Part shown: piece by piece, positions 8,273 through 17,710 of the stretch
How positions within the stretch are numbered: position 1 is the first letter of the stretch
Layout of the letters: every line of letters begins with the position of its first letter
Assembly: GCA_043753995.1 (NCBI GenBank)
Contig: JAYUVP010000158.1
Coordinates: 1-20,759 of the forward strand
Length of the DNA: 20,759 nucleotides
Direction: 5' to 3'
From: Fibrobacterota bacterium
Lineage (GTDB): Bacteria; Fibrobacterota; Fibrobacteria; UBA11236
Made by a program: the position numbers and the translations under genes
The notes under the pieces: model-generated
Told to the model about the DNA's origin: nothing
The model's database searches: none
Seen by the model: only the letters and a program-made list of their open reading frames with translations

Positions 8273-11200
8273 ATGTTCCTACATCGCCAATGGCAACGAC
8301 TTGCCATTAATTTCAAAACCTACCTGTATGGTAAAGGTTTTCCTGGCCTACCATTGGTCATATTTGCACTTGTGACTCTCGTTGCAGGTTGTAATAAAAC
8401 TAAAGTCGGCTCCCCTAAAGTAGACGAGGCCATGGCCTCGATTGTTTCGGCTTATAGTACGGGAACCCTTTCTGCGGAGGGGCCGATTCGGGTGCAAATG
8501 GTGAATCCCGCGGTGGATTCCGGAAAGATCAATAAGGTGCTTGAAAAAAGTCCCTTTGATTTTTCCCCGTCCATCAAGGGATCTGCCGTTTGGGTGGATT
8601 CCAGAACCTTGGAGTTTCGTCCCGACAAACGTTTGGAGCGCGGTGCGAATTTTACCGCCAAATTATCACTCGATCAATTCATGGATGTTCCTGACAAGCT
8701 CAAAACCTTTGAATTCGCTTTCACGGCGATGAAGCAATTCTATGAAAGGGATTTATCCGCCTTGCAAACCATGGATGAAAATCACTTGGAATTGCAAAGT
8801 CTTTCCGGCCTGCTTCGCATTTCCGACGTTGAGGATGCGCCCATAGTGGAAAAAATGCTTTCGGCAAAACAAGATGGCCGCAGCTTAGCCATTCGTTGGG
8901 AGCATCGAGTCGATCGACGGGAGCATCCATTCCGGATAGACAGCGTGCGGCGTGGGGATGATTCTTCGCGGTTAATTTTAGCCTGGGATGGCGATGCTAT
9001 TGAGGCGGATCATGATGCCTTTGATACCCTTCGAATTCCTTCCATCAATGAATTCAAAGTCGTCGAGGTGGGGCAAGGCCAAGGCGAAGAACGCTATGTA
9101 TCCGTGCATTTTTCCGATCCGCCCAAAAAGAATATGGATTTTAAAGGCCTTATTGAAATTCCCGAGCAAGGTGGTTTGCGTTTTCAAGCCGAAGGGAATG
9201 AAGTCCGGGTCTATAGTGGCAATGCCTGGAACGGAACCAAGACCGTTGAAATCGCTTCTGGAATTAAGAACGTATTCGGAAAGCCCCTGCAAAATCCGGG
9301 ATCCTTTCAGGTGTCCTTCGAGGAAATCAAACCCGGTGTGCGCTTCGTAGGCAAAGGCGTCATTTTACCTGGTCAGGAAAATATCACCCTTCCTTTTGAA
9401 GCCGTAAATTTGCGGTCGGTTCGCGTGAATGTCGTTCGCATTTTTGCGGGAAATGTGCCGCAATTCCTCCAAGTCAACGATTTGGAAGGCGTGAATGAAA
9501 TGCAAAGGGTCGGCCGAACCGTTTGGAGTAAAACGGTCGATTTGAACCCCACGACCTCGATAAGGCAACGTTGGGCACGCTATGCCCTGGATTTAGGCGA
9601 CTTGGTGAAAAAGGTGGATCCGCCGGGCTCCCTCTATCGCATCACCTTGTCCTTCACGCGCGCAAGCTCCCTTTATCCCTGCGCGGATTCCGCTACCATT
9701 GCCGCCGAAGAAGATGTTGCCGCCAAGGATTGGGATGAAGACCAACAAACCCAGGCTAGCAGTTGGGATGGCGTCGAGAATTATTACGATGGTAACGGCG
9801 AGAATAATTGGTCGGAACGTGAAAACCCTTGTTCCAAATCCTATTACAGCGTACAAGAGCGTTCGGCATCGCGCAACTTCTTGCCCTCCGACATCGGCTT
9901 GATGGCCAAAAGCGGAAGGCCGGGTCAATGGCTTATCGCTGCTAGCGATTTGAAATCGGCCGCGCCTATGGCGGATGTGGAATTGCAGTTGCTGAATTAT
10001 CAGCATCAAGTCGTGGCAAAAGGAAAATCCGACAAGGATGGATTCGCCACCTTAGAGCCCAATGGTAAGCCTTTCCTGCTGGTAGCCATCAATGGAAACC
10101 AACGCGGATACCTCAAAGTGGAAGAAAAAGCCGCCATGCAAATGGGGCAATTTGACGTGGGTGGTTTGGCTGTGCAGGAAGGTTTGAAGGGTTTTCTTTT
10201 CGGCGAACGGGGCGTATGGCGACCGGGCGATTCTCTTTTCCTGACCTTCATCTTAGAGGACAAAAAGGGTCGACTCCCTGCGGGCCACCCGGTGTCATTC
10301 GAGTTGCTTGACCCCCAGGGGCGTCTCATTCGATCTCTGACACGTGCCTCGGCGGGCTCCTTCTATTCCTTTAATACCACAACCGATCCCGATGCTATTA
10401 CGGGAGATTATTTAGCCCGGGTCAAGGCCGGTCCCGCTGTCTTCGAGGAACGACTGAAAATTGAAAACGTGATGCCTAACCGGCTGAAAATCAAAATTGA
10501 TTTCAATCCTAAACCCCTGCGCAAGGATGCCCCAGTTTCCGGTAACATGGATGTGACCTGGTTGAGTGGTGCGGTCGCTCGCCACTTGGAGGCCGATATC
10601 GAAATGACCTTGCAGGCCGTCCCTCCAGATTTCCGAGTCTTCACCGACTATACCTTCAATGATCCCGTGCGTCGTTTTGAAACCGAATCCCAATCCCTGT
10701 TCCAAGGTCGTATAGACGAACAGGGAAAGGTTTCTTTCAGCCATCCCATCAAGGTCTCCGGCAAGGCACCGGGAATGCTGCGAGCTGATTTCCGAACTCG
10801 GGTCTTAGAAGAAGGTGGCGGATTCAGTGTCGACCGTTTCAGTGTGCCTTTTTATCCCTATGAGGCCTTTGTCGGCGTTAAAATGCCGCCCGGTGATTTA
10901 GCCCGCGGCATGCTTTTGACCGATACCACTCACCCCATTCAGTTCTGTGTTCTCAACGCCGAAGGTCGCAAGGTGGGCAAACGCAAATTGGAGATTCGTC
11001 TTTCTAAAATCGAATGGAAATGGTGGTGGGAGAAAGAAGATCAAAACGCGCAATACCTTAGTGTGGAAAGCGGAAATGTTCTGCAAACCGATACTGTAAC
11101 CGTAGTCAACGGGGAAGGGCGGTGGGGCCTGAAGGTCAAATATCCAGATTGGGGTCGTTATCTCATTCGTGCTTGTGATATGGATGACAATGAGGAAGGG

Positions 11201-13972
11201 CATTGCACCGGGAAAATCTTTTATATGGATTGGCCTGGATGGGCGGGTCGCGCTCAACGCGAAGGCCCGGGAGGTGGCGCGGCCGTGCTGGCCTTTACGG
11301 CCGAGAAAAAGAAATACACAGTAGGAGAAAAAGCACATATCAATATCCCCAGCCCGCAAGCAGGCCGTGCCTTAGTGAGCATTGAAAAGGGGGGACATGT
11401 CTTACAGCGTTATTGGTTGACCCTGAAGCCTAAAGAAACGGCGCATGAATTCGAAATCACGCCTGAGATGGCGCCAAATATTTATGTGTATGTCGCCTTG
11501 CTCCAGCCGCATCAACAAACGGTGAATGATTTGCCAATGCGCATGTACAATGTCATTCCCCTTCAAATTGAGGATCCCGCCACCCGGCTTCATCCGGAAT
11601 TGAATTTGAATCCAGCGGTATTTCGCCCTGGAGAAAAAGCTGAAATAAATGTTTCGGAGGCGAATGGCAAACGCATGCAATATGTGGTGGCGGTAGTCGA
11701 TGAAGGGCTTTTGGATTTAACGCGTTTTAAAACTCCGAATCCCTGGGAGAAGTTTTATGCTCGTGAGGCTCTCAGCATCAAAACCTGGGATATGTTTGAC
11801 TTTGTTGCGGGAGCCTATGGAGGACGCCTAGAGCGACTATTGGCTATTGGCGGTGACGGTGCTTTTAATGCCCCGGAAGGCCGCAAAGGGAATCGTTTCC
11901 CCCCGATGGTTCGTTTTCTTGGCCCATTTACCCTGGAAAAAGGCAAGCACGCAAAACATGACTTGCAAATACCCCAATACGTAGGCTCGGTGCGCGCCAT
12001 GGTGATAGCCGCCGGTGATGGAGCCTATGGCGTGGCGGAAAAGCCAGTCCCTGTGCGCAAGCCTCTCATGGTACTTGGAACCTTGCCGCGCATTTTAGCC
12101 CCGGATGAAAAAGTGGAATTGCCTATTTCCGTATTTGCTATGGAAAAGAAAATCCGCGATGTGGAGGTGGAGGTAACGATGACAGGACCCCTATCGGTCT
12201 CTGGCAATCGCAAGCGCAATCTGGTTTTCAAAGAACCCTCCGATGAACTGTTGACTTTTAATTTGCAAAGTGGAAATCAGGTGGGATGGGCCAAGGTCAT
12301 CATAAGGGCCAAGAGTGGTTCAGAAACGGCTGAGCAAACCATTGAAATTCAAATTCGCAATCCGAATGCTCCGGTCACCGATGTGCATTCCACCTTATTG
12401 CAGCCCGGCCAATCCTGGAAAAAAGACATCAACCTTCCCGGCGTGGTCGGCACCAATAAGGCAACTCTGGAATTGTCACGAATACCACCCCTTAATTTAG
12501 AGAAGCGATTGTCCTTTCTTGTGCATTATCCCTATGGGTGCATTGAGCAAACGACGTCCTCGGTTTTCCCCCAGCTTTTCCTCGACGGTTTGTTGAAATT
12601 GCCCACGGCGACAAAAGGTGAAGTCCAGAAAAATGTCAAAGCTGGCATTGAACGATTGCGAAGTTTTCAGAATTCGAGTGGCGGATTCAGCTATTGGCCT
12701 GGAAGCGGTGAAGACAATGCTTGGGGCAGCAATTATGGCGGCCATTTTCTGGTTGAAGCGGAAAAATTAGGGTATGGCCTTCCCGCTGGTATGATCGATC
12801 AATGGAAAAAGTTTCAGAAGGCACAAGCCCAGGGATGGAATGCAACCGGTGATTATGACGGGCAATTAACTCAAGCCTATAGGCTATTCACCTTGGCCTT
12901 ATCGGGTTCGCCGGAAATCGGAGCCATGAATCGCCTAAAGGAAAGCAAGGATTTGCCCCCTGCGGTTCGGTGGCAACTAGGTGGAGCCTATCAATTGGCA
13001 GGCCAGCCCGAAGTCGCGGCATCCCTTGTTCGGGGAAGCGCCGAGGGTATGAAGGCTTATAAAGAGCTGGATGGGACTTTCGGAAGTGATTTACGTGACA
13101 AGGCTATGATGTTAGATGTTTTAAGCTTGATGGGGCGTTTTGCCGAGGCGACTCCCCTGATGAAGGAAATTTCTTTGCGATTGTCTGAGGAAACTTGGCA
13201 AAGCACCCAAACCACGGCTTATGCTTTGATGGCCGTATCCCGTTTTTTTGGCAAGCAAACCGAACAAAATATTCCCATGTCCTATAGCTTCAAAATGAAT
13301 GGGCAAGCCATGAATGATGGTTTTGAATCACCCATGATGCAGCAAGAGGTAAAGGTGTCCGATGGAAAGGTCAATAAGCTGGAGCTGGTGAATACCAGCA
13401 AGAATATTCTGTTTGCGCGGTTACTGGTGCGCGGGATTCCCGCCATGGGCAATGAAGTCGCAGCCGCGAATGAAATTCAAATGACGGTCAACTACCTAGA
13501 TATGCAAGGACAGGCTATGGACCCTGCAAAATTGGAACAAGGTTCCGATTTTATCGCGGAATATGTCGTGAGCAATCCAAGCCAAGGGAGTGCACTCAGG
13601 CAATTGGCCTTAGCCAGCCTTTTTCCCTCCGGTTGGGAAATCCGCAATACCCGAATGGATCCCACTCTGGTCGCTCCTAATGGCAAGGCCAGCACTGCAG
13701 CATCCCCATTTGATTATCAAGATTTTCGCGATGATCGAGTCCATACCTTTTTTAATCTGAACCCCGGTGAAAGCAAGGTCTTTCGGTTTTTCCTGAATGC
13801 CGCCTATCTCGGCGAATACCATATGCCGCAAAGCCAGGTTGAAGCGATGTACGACGGTTCCATCAATGCCCGAAACGCAGGCGGTAAGGCTGTAGTGAAA
13901 ATGCCTGAAGGCTCAGATGGCAATCCCAATGGACCGTCCAAATTGCAGGGTGAGGATGCGAGCGAGGAATAA
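8273..13972 (+). CDS. Bacterial alpha-2-macroglobulin (YfhM/ECAM-like lipoprotein protease inhibitor)
   Basis: 1899 aa. Lipobox LVAG-C (Cys40, 8390-8392), ERGVWRPGD (MG2), AVVDEGLL, bait-region IGGDG, thioester YPYGCIEQ (12539-12550), DFRDDRV and EAMYD. It sits 3 nt upstream of pbpC, the established gene pairing. Confidence 0.96.
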   Translation: MFLHRQWQRLAINFKTYLYGKGFPGLPLVIFALVTLVAGCNKTKVGSPKVDEAMASIVSAYSTGTLSAEGPIRVQMVNPAVDSGKINKVLEKSPFDFSPSIKGSAVWVDSRTLEFRPDKRLERGANFTAKLSLDQFMDVPDKLKTFEFAFTAMKQFYERDLSALQTMDENHLELQSLSGLLRISDVEDAPIVEKMLSAKQDGRSLAIRWEHRVDRREHPFRIDSVRRGDDSSRLILAWDGDAIEADHDAFDTLRIPSINEFKVVEVGQGQGEERYVSVHFSDPPKKNMDFKGLIEIPEQGGLRFQAEGNEVRVYSGNAWNGTKTVEIASGIKNVFGKPLQNPGSFQVSFEEIKPGVRFVGKGVILPGQENITLPFEAVNLRSVRVNVVRIFAGNVPQFLQVNDLEGVNEMQRVGRTVWSKTVDLNPTTSIRQRWARYALDLGDLVKKVDPPGSLYRITLSFTRASSLYPCADSATIAAEEDVAAKDWDEDQQTQASSWDGVENYYDGNGENNWSERENPCSKSYYSVQERSASRNFLPSDIGLMAKSGRPGQWLIAASDLKSAAPMADVELQLLNYQHQVVAKGKSDKDGFATLEPNGKPFLLVAINGNQRGYLKVEEKAAMQMGQFDVGGLAVQEGLKGFLFGERGVWRPGDSLFLTFILEDKKGRLPAGHPVSFELLDPQGRLIRSLTRASAGSFYSFNTTTDPDAITGDYLARVKAGPAVFEERLKIENVMPNRLKIKIDFNPKPLRKDAPVSGNMDVTWLSGAVARHLEADIEMTLQAVPPDFRVFTDYTFNDPVRRFETESQSLFQGRIDEQGKVSFSHPIKVSGKAPGMLRADFRTRVLEEGGGFSVDRFSVPFYPYEAFVGVKMPPGDLARGMLLTDTTHPIQFCVLNAEGRKVGKRKLEIRLSKIEWKWWWEKEDQNAQYLSVESGNVLQTDTVTVVNGEGRWGLKVKYPDWGRYLIRACDMDDNEEGHCTGKIFYMDWPGWAGRAQREGPGGGAAVLAFTAEKKKYTVGEKAHINIPSPQAGRALVSIEKGGHVLQRYWLTLKPKETAHEFEITPEMAPNIYVYVALLQPHQQTVNDLPMRMYNVIPLQIEDPATRLHPELNLNPAVFRPGEKAEINVSEANGKRMQYVVAVVDEGLLDLTRFKTPNPWEKFYAREALSIKTWDMFDFVAGAYGGRLERLLAIGGDGAFNAPEGRKGNRFPPMVRFLGPFTLEKGKHAKHDLQIPQYVGSVRAMVIAAGDGAYGVAEKPVPVRKPLMVLGTLPRILAPDEKVELPISVFAMEKKIRDVEVEVTMTGPLSVSGNRKRNLVFKEPSDELLTFNLQSGNQVGWAKVIIRAKSGSETAEQTIEIQIRNPNAPVTDVHSTLLQPGQSWKKDINLPGVVGTNKATLELSRIPPLNLEKRLSFLVHYPYGCIEQTTSSVFPQLFLDGLLKLPTATKGEVQKNVKAGIERLRSFQNSSGGFSYWPGSGEDNAWGSNYGGHFLVEAEKLGYGLPAGMIDQWKKFQKAQAQGWNATGDYDGQLTQAYRLFTLALSGSPEIGAMNRLKESKDLPPAVRWQLGGAYQLAGQPEVAASLVRGSAEGMKAYKELDGTFGSDLRDKAMMLDVLSLMGRFAEATPLMKEISLRLSEETWQSTQTTAYALMAVSRFFGKQTEQNIPMSYSFKMNGQAMNDGFESPMMQQEVKVSDGKVNKLELVNTSKNILFARLLVRGIPAMGNEVAAANEIQMTVNYLDMQGQAMDPAKLEQGSDFIAEYVVSNPSQGSALRQLALASLFPSGWEIRNTRMDPTLVAPNGKASTAASPFDYQDFRDDRVHTFFNLNPGESKVFRFFLNAAYLGEYHMPQSQVEAMYDGSINARNAGGKAVVKMPEGSDGNPNGPSKLQGEDASEE

Positions 13973-13975
13973 AGC

Positions 13976-16381
13976 ATGCGCCTTTCGAAGCGCGGGGGAA
14001 TCGCTCTCCTCGCGCTGATTCTAGGAACGGCATTTTACTATAGCCTGCCGTTTCCATTATTTCAGCGTCCCTTCGCTACCGTGGTTTTGGATAGCGAAGG
14101 GCGAATGCTCGGAGCTAAAATCGCTGCCGATGGGCAATGGCGATTTCCTGCCATAGATACTTGTCCGCCTCGATTCGCCGCCGCAATCATGGCCTATGAA
14201 GACCGGCGATTTTTTCATCATCCGGGTGTGGATCCACTTGCCCTGGCTCGTGCCTTCCTGCAGAACTTAAAATCGAATCAGGTCTTAAGCGGCGGAAGTA
14301 CTCTGACCATGCAGGTGATACGCCTTTCCCGCGGAGCGAAGGCTCGTAACTGGTTAAACAAAGGCATCGAAGCGGGCCTTGCTCTGCGACTTGAGGTGAC
14401 CACAAGTAAGCAGGATATTCTGGCCCTCTATGCCTCTCATGCCCCCTTTGGCGGCAATGTGGTGGGGCTTGAGGCTGCGGCTTGGCGATACTTCAATCGC
14501 CCTGCGGATCAGATTTCCTGGGGAGAAGCGGCCCTGCTAGCCGTCCTTCCCAATAGTCCGGCCCTGATGCATCCCGGTCGCAATCGAGAACCCCTGCGTC
14601 GCAAACGCGACCGGCTTTTGAACCGGCTATGGAAGCAGGGAAGTATCGATAGCGTGACTTGCGCTCTGGCAAAATGGGAATCCCTGCCCGAAAAGCCGGT
14701 GGCCTTAGCCCGAGAGGCACCCCATTTGGTTGCGCGCCTTTCCCTCGCTTTACCAAATGGCGATTCGGCCACTCTCTTAAAGACTTCCATTCAAGGTCGA
14801 CTACAGACCCAAGTGAATGAAATTGTTCATCGCCGCCAAAAGGAATTACAAGCCCAAGGCATAGGCAATGCTGCGGTGCTTATCCTTCGTGTTGCCACCG
14901 GTGAAGCCTTGGCCTATGTCGGTAATATGCGTGCTACTGAAACCGAGGCTTTGGGGGCCGAGGTGGATGTCATCACCTCTCGCCGCAGCACCGGCAGCCT
15001 TCTCAAACCCTTCCTCTATGCCTCTATGCTAGAGTCAGGGGAATTGTTGCCTGGCACCTTGATAGCCGATGTGCCCACGCAAATTGGCGGATACTCACCT
15101 TTGAATTTCGATCGCGCTTTCGAAGGTTCGGTTCCCGCACGTCTCGCCTTGGCGCGTTCTCTGAATGTCCCGGCCGTGCGCATGCTTAAAAACTATGGCG
15201 TCGAGCGCTTTCACCATACCTTGAAAGATCTCGGACTCTCCACCTTAGATCGTCCCTCCTCCGATTATGGCCTTACCTTGGTTTTGGGTGGAGCCGAAGG
15301 CACACTATGGGAATTATCCGGCATGTATGCGAGCTTGGCTCGCAATGCCTTACGCTTTGAGCCAGGTGAAAACGACCTTGCCCATTCTTCTCCCTTTTTT
15401 CCGCCGCGATGGACGCCTGTGAAAACTTCATCACGGGATTCGAAATCTTCGGCAACTAAACCTCGACTTGCGGCCATGCCCATTGGTCCGGCCTCGGCAT
15501 GGCTGGCCTTGCAAGCTATGGCGGAAGTGAGTCGTCCAGATGCGCAAAAATATTGGCGCAACTTCGCCTCTAGCCGTTGGGTGGCCTGGAAAACCGGCAC
15601 CAGTTTTGGTTTTCGTGATGCCTGGGCCATTGGCGTCACGCCGGAATATGTCGTGGGAGTCTGGGTGGGCAATGCGAGTGGTCAAGGTCGTCCAGGTATG
15701 ACGGGCATACAGGTGGCGGCTCCCTTACTTTTTGACGTTTACAATGCTTTGCCATCTACCACGGTCTTTCGCATGCCCTTGGGCTATATGCGTCCCATCG
15801 AGGTTTGCCGAGCCAGCGGCATGCGTCCTGGGCCTCATTGCCCTCATATCGATAGCGTGTGGGTACCCTCGGCGGGCCTTCGCACGGCAGCATGTCCCTA
15901 TCATCGCCTCATCCATCTGGATTCCACGGAACAATTTCAAGTGCATGACGGTTGCCAAAGCGTGTCAACCATGCGCCATCGCAGCTGGTTCGTTTTGCCG
16001 CCCACGCAAGAGTGGTATTATCGACAAAGGCATTCCGATTATTCACCCTTACCGGATTGGCGCCAGGACTGCCAAGAGGGTCTCGCCGCCCTCAGTCAAG
16101 TCCGCGAAATGGAATTGATTTATCCCAAGCCCTTGGCCAGCATTTATATCCCCACGGATTTGGACGCCGAAAAAAGCCGCGCTGTTTTCGAAGCGGTGCA
16201 TCGCAATCCCGGCGCCACCCTTTATTGGCATCTCGATCAAGCTTATTTGGGCGAGACACGCGAGTTCCACAAAATGACGGTGAATCCCAGCCCTGGCATG
16301 CATACCTTGCTTTTGGTTGACGACAAAGGGGAAAGGTTGGAGCGCCGCTTCGAAGTGCTAGCCAAAGACCAAGGAAGCTGA
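13976..16381 (+). CDS. pbpC: Penicillin-binding protein 1C
   Basis: ADGQWRF; transglycosylase motifs EDRRFFHHPGVD and GGSTLTMQ; transpeptidase motifs SLLK, SLN and KTGT; C-terminal PBP1C-type domain (LYWHLDQAYLG). Adjacent to alpha-2-macroglobulin. Confidence 0.95.
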   Translation: MRLSKRGGIALLALILGTAFYYSLPFPLFQRPFATVVLDSEGRMLGAKIAADGQWRFPAIDTCPPRFAAAIMAYEDRRFFHHPGVDPLALARAFLQNLKSNQVLSGGSTLTMQVIRLSRGAKARNWLNKGIEAGLALRLEVTTSKQDILALYASHAPFGGNVVGLEAAAWRYFNRPADQISWGEAALLAVLPNSPALMHPGRNREPLRRKRDRLLNRLWKQGSIDSVTCALAKWESLPEKPVALAREAPHLVARLSLALPNGDSATLLKTSIQGRLQTQVNEIVHRRQKELQAQGIGNAAVLILRVATGEALAYVGNMRATETEALGAEVDVITSRRSTGSLLKPFLYASMLESGELLPGTLIADVPTQIGGYSPLNFDRAFEGSVPARLALARSLNVPAVRMLKNYGVERFHHTLKDLGLSTLDRPSSDYGLTLVLGGAEGTLWELSGMYASLARNALRFEPGENDLAHSSPFFPPRWTPVKTSSRDSKSSATKPRLAAMPIGPASAWLALQAMAEVSRPDAQKYWRNFASSRWVAWKTGTSFGFRDAWAIGVTPEYVVGVWVGNASGQGRPGMTGIQVAAPLLFDVYNALPSTTVFRMPLGYMRPIEVCRASGMRPGPHCPHIDSVWVPSAGLRTAACPYHRLIHLDSTEQFQVHDGCQSVSTMRHRSWFVLPPTQEWYYRQRHSDYSPLPDWRQDCQEGLAALSQVREMELIYPKPLASIYIPTDLDAEKSRAVFEAVHRNPGATLYWHLDQAYLGETREFHKMTVNPSPGMHTLLLVDDKGERLERRFEVLAKDQGS

Positions 16382-16439
16382 TTCTTCTTCGCCTCAGCAC
16401 ATCCTTTTCGCCCACGTAAATTATTCTTTGCCTGCTCTC

Positions 16440-17663
16440 ATGCGCCGCATTTTACCCATGCTCCACCTGATGTGGACTCGTCGCGACTTTCGCGTCCTCA
16501 TCGTCTGCAATTTGCTTTTGGGTCTGTCCTATTCTTTTGTCATTCCCTTTACCTCGCTATTCGGCACGCAAGAAGTCGGCCTTTCTCCTAATGCCTTTGC
16601 AGCTTATATGCTCCTCACCTCCATCAGTGGCGTGATTATCGCCACCTGGTTGGCGCGCTGGTCCGATCTTCGCATTTCCCGAAAAACGCTTTTGCTTGTC
16701 AGTGGACTTTTCGGAGCTGCTGGCTATTTGGGCAATGCCTATCTGCGAGATTTCACCTCTTTAACTCTGGTAGGCATGTTTTTATTGGGCGTTTCTTCGG
16801 TTAGTTTCTCCCAGCTTTTCGCCTATGCGCGCGATTGTATCGACAAAGCGGATTTGCCCGCAGCCGATACCCCCTTGCTCATGAATGTCTTCCGACTATT
16901 CTTTGCGTTTTCATGGACGGTGGGACCGGCGATTTCTTCTTGGGTGCTGGCACACGGTACTTTTCGTCATATTTATCTTATTGCCGCTGCGTTTTTCCTG
17001 ATTTACTCCGCCATTGTCGCGGCCTATATTCCTAAGGATCCGCCTTCTGCCCTCACGCAATCCACAGCGCAAAGTATGCCTTGGCATCGGACCTTGCGCG
17101 TTCCAGGTTTAGCGGCTTATTTCCTGGCTTTCGTTTGTTTTAATTGCAGTTCGACTCTGGGCATGATGTCCTTGCCGTTGCTCATCGTCAATACTTTGAA
17201 TGGAACCGAAACCCAGGTGGGCATAGCCTATAGTCTAGCCCCGATTTTCGAAGTCCCCTTGATGTTCTTTGTCGGGATATTGGCCACGCGCATGGAAACC
17301 GTCCGTCTCATTCGCGCCACCATGCTCGTGGCTGTGGCCTATTTCGCCGGATTATTTTTAGTGAACTCTCCCGTCCAGGTTTATCCTCTGCAATTCCTCA
17401 GCGCTGCCATGGTAGCAGTGAATGGAGGGGTCGCCATCACCTTTTTCCAAGACATACTTCGGAATCAACCAGGCACGGCGACCAATCTTTATTCCAATGC
17501 CCACCGCATCGGATCCATGATCGGTTATTTGCTATTTGGGGCCTTGCAATCCATTTGGCCCTTGCGATCGGTTTTCGCGGTGAGCAGTGGATTATGCTTA
17601 TTGGCTTTTATTTTCATGTATTGGAAACGGCAAACTAAGACCCATCCGGTACCTAGGTCCTAA
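16440..17663 (+). CDS. MFS transporter, sugar efflux transporter (SET)-like
   Basis: About 12 hydrophobic segments. ARWSDLRISRK (MFS motif A), SQLFAYAR, FSWTVGP, FEVPLM and ITFFQD...PGTATNLYSNA resemble SetA/SetB. The start is uncertain (TTG 16428, ATG 16440 or ATG 16458). Confidence 0.88.
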   Translation: MRRILPMLHLMWTRRDFRVLIVCNLLLGLSYSFVIPFTSLFGTQEVGLSPNAFAAYMLLTSISGVIIATWLARWSDLRISRKTLLLVSGLFGAAGYLGNAYLRDFTSLTLVGMFLLGVSSVSFSQLFAYARDCIDKADLPAADTPLLMNVFRLFFAFSWTVGPAISSWVLAHGTFRHIYLIAAAFFLIYSAIVAAYIPKDPPSALTQSTAQSMPWHRTLRVPGLAAYFLAFVCFNCSSTLGMMSLPLLIVNTLNGTETQVGIAYSLAPIFEVPLMFFVGILATRMETVRLIRATMLVAVAYFAGLFLVNSPVQVYPLQFLSAAMVAVNGGVAITFFQDILRNQPGTATNLYSNAHRIGSMIGYLLFGALQSIWPLRSVFAVSSGLCLLAFIFMYWKRQTKTHPVPRS

Positions 17664-17710
17664 AACCGACAGGACTTATCTTTCACTGACTTTGACTCAG
17701 TGGGGATGTC

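Noticed and set aside
5572..14689. KOPS-like GGGNAGGG octamers (5572 +, 11112 +, 14682 -)
   Set aside because: Too few, in mixed orientation, and the motif may not apply to this lineage. My scan was by eye.
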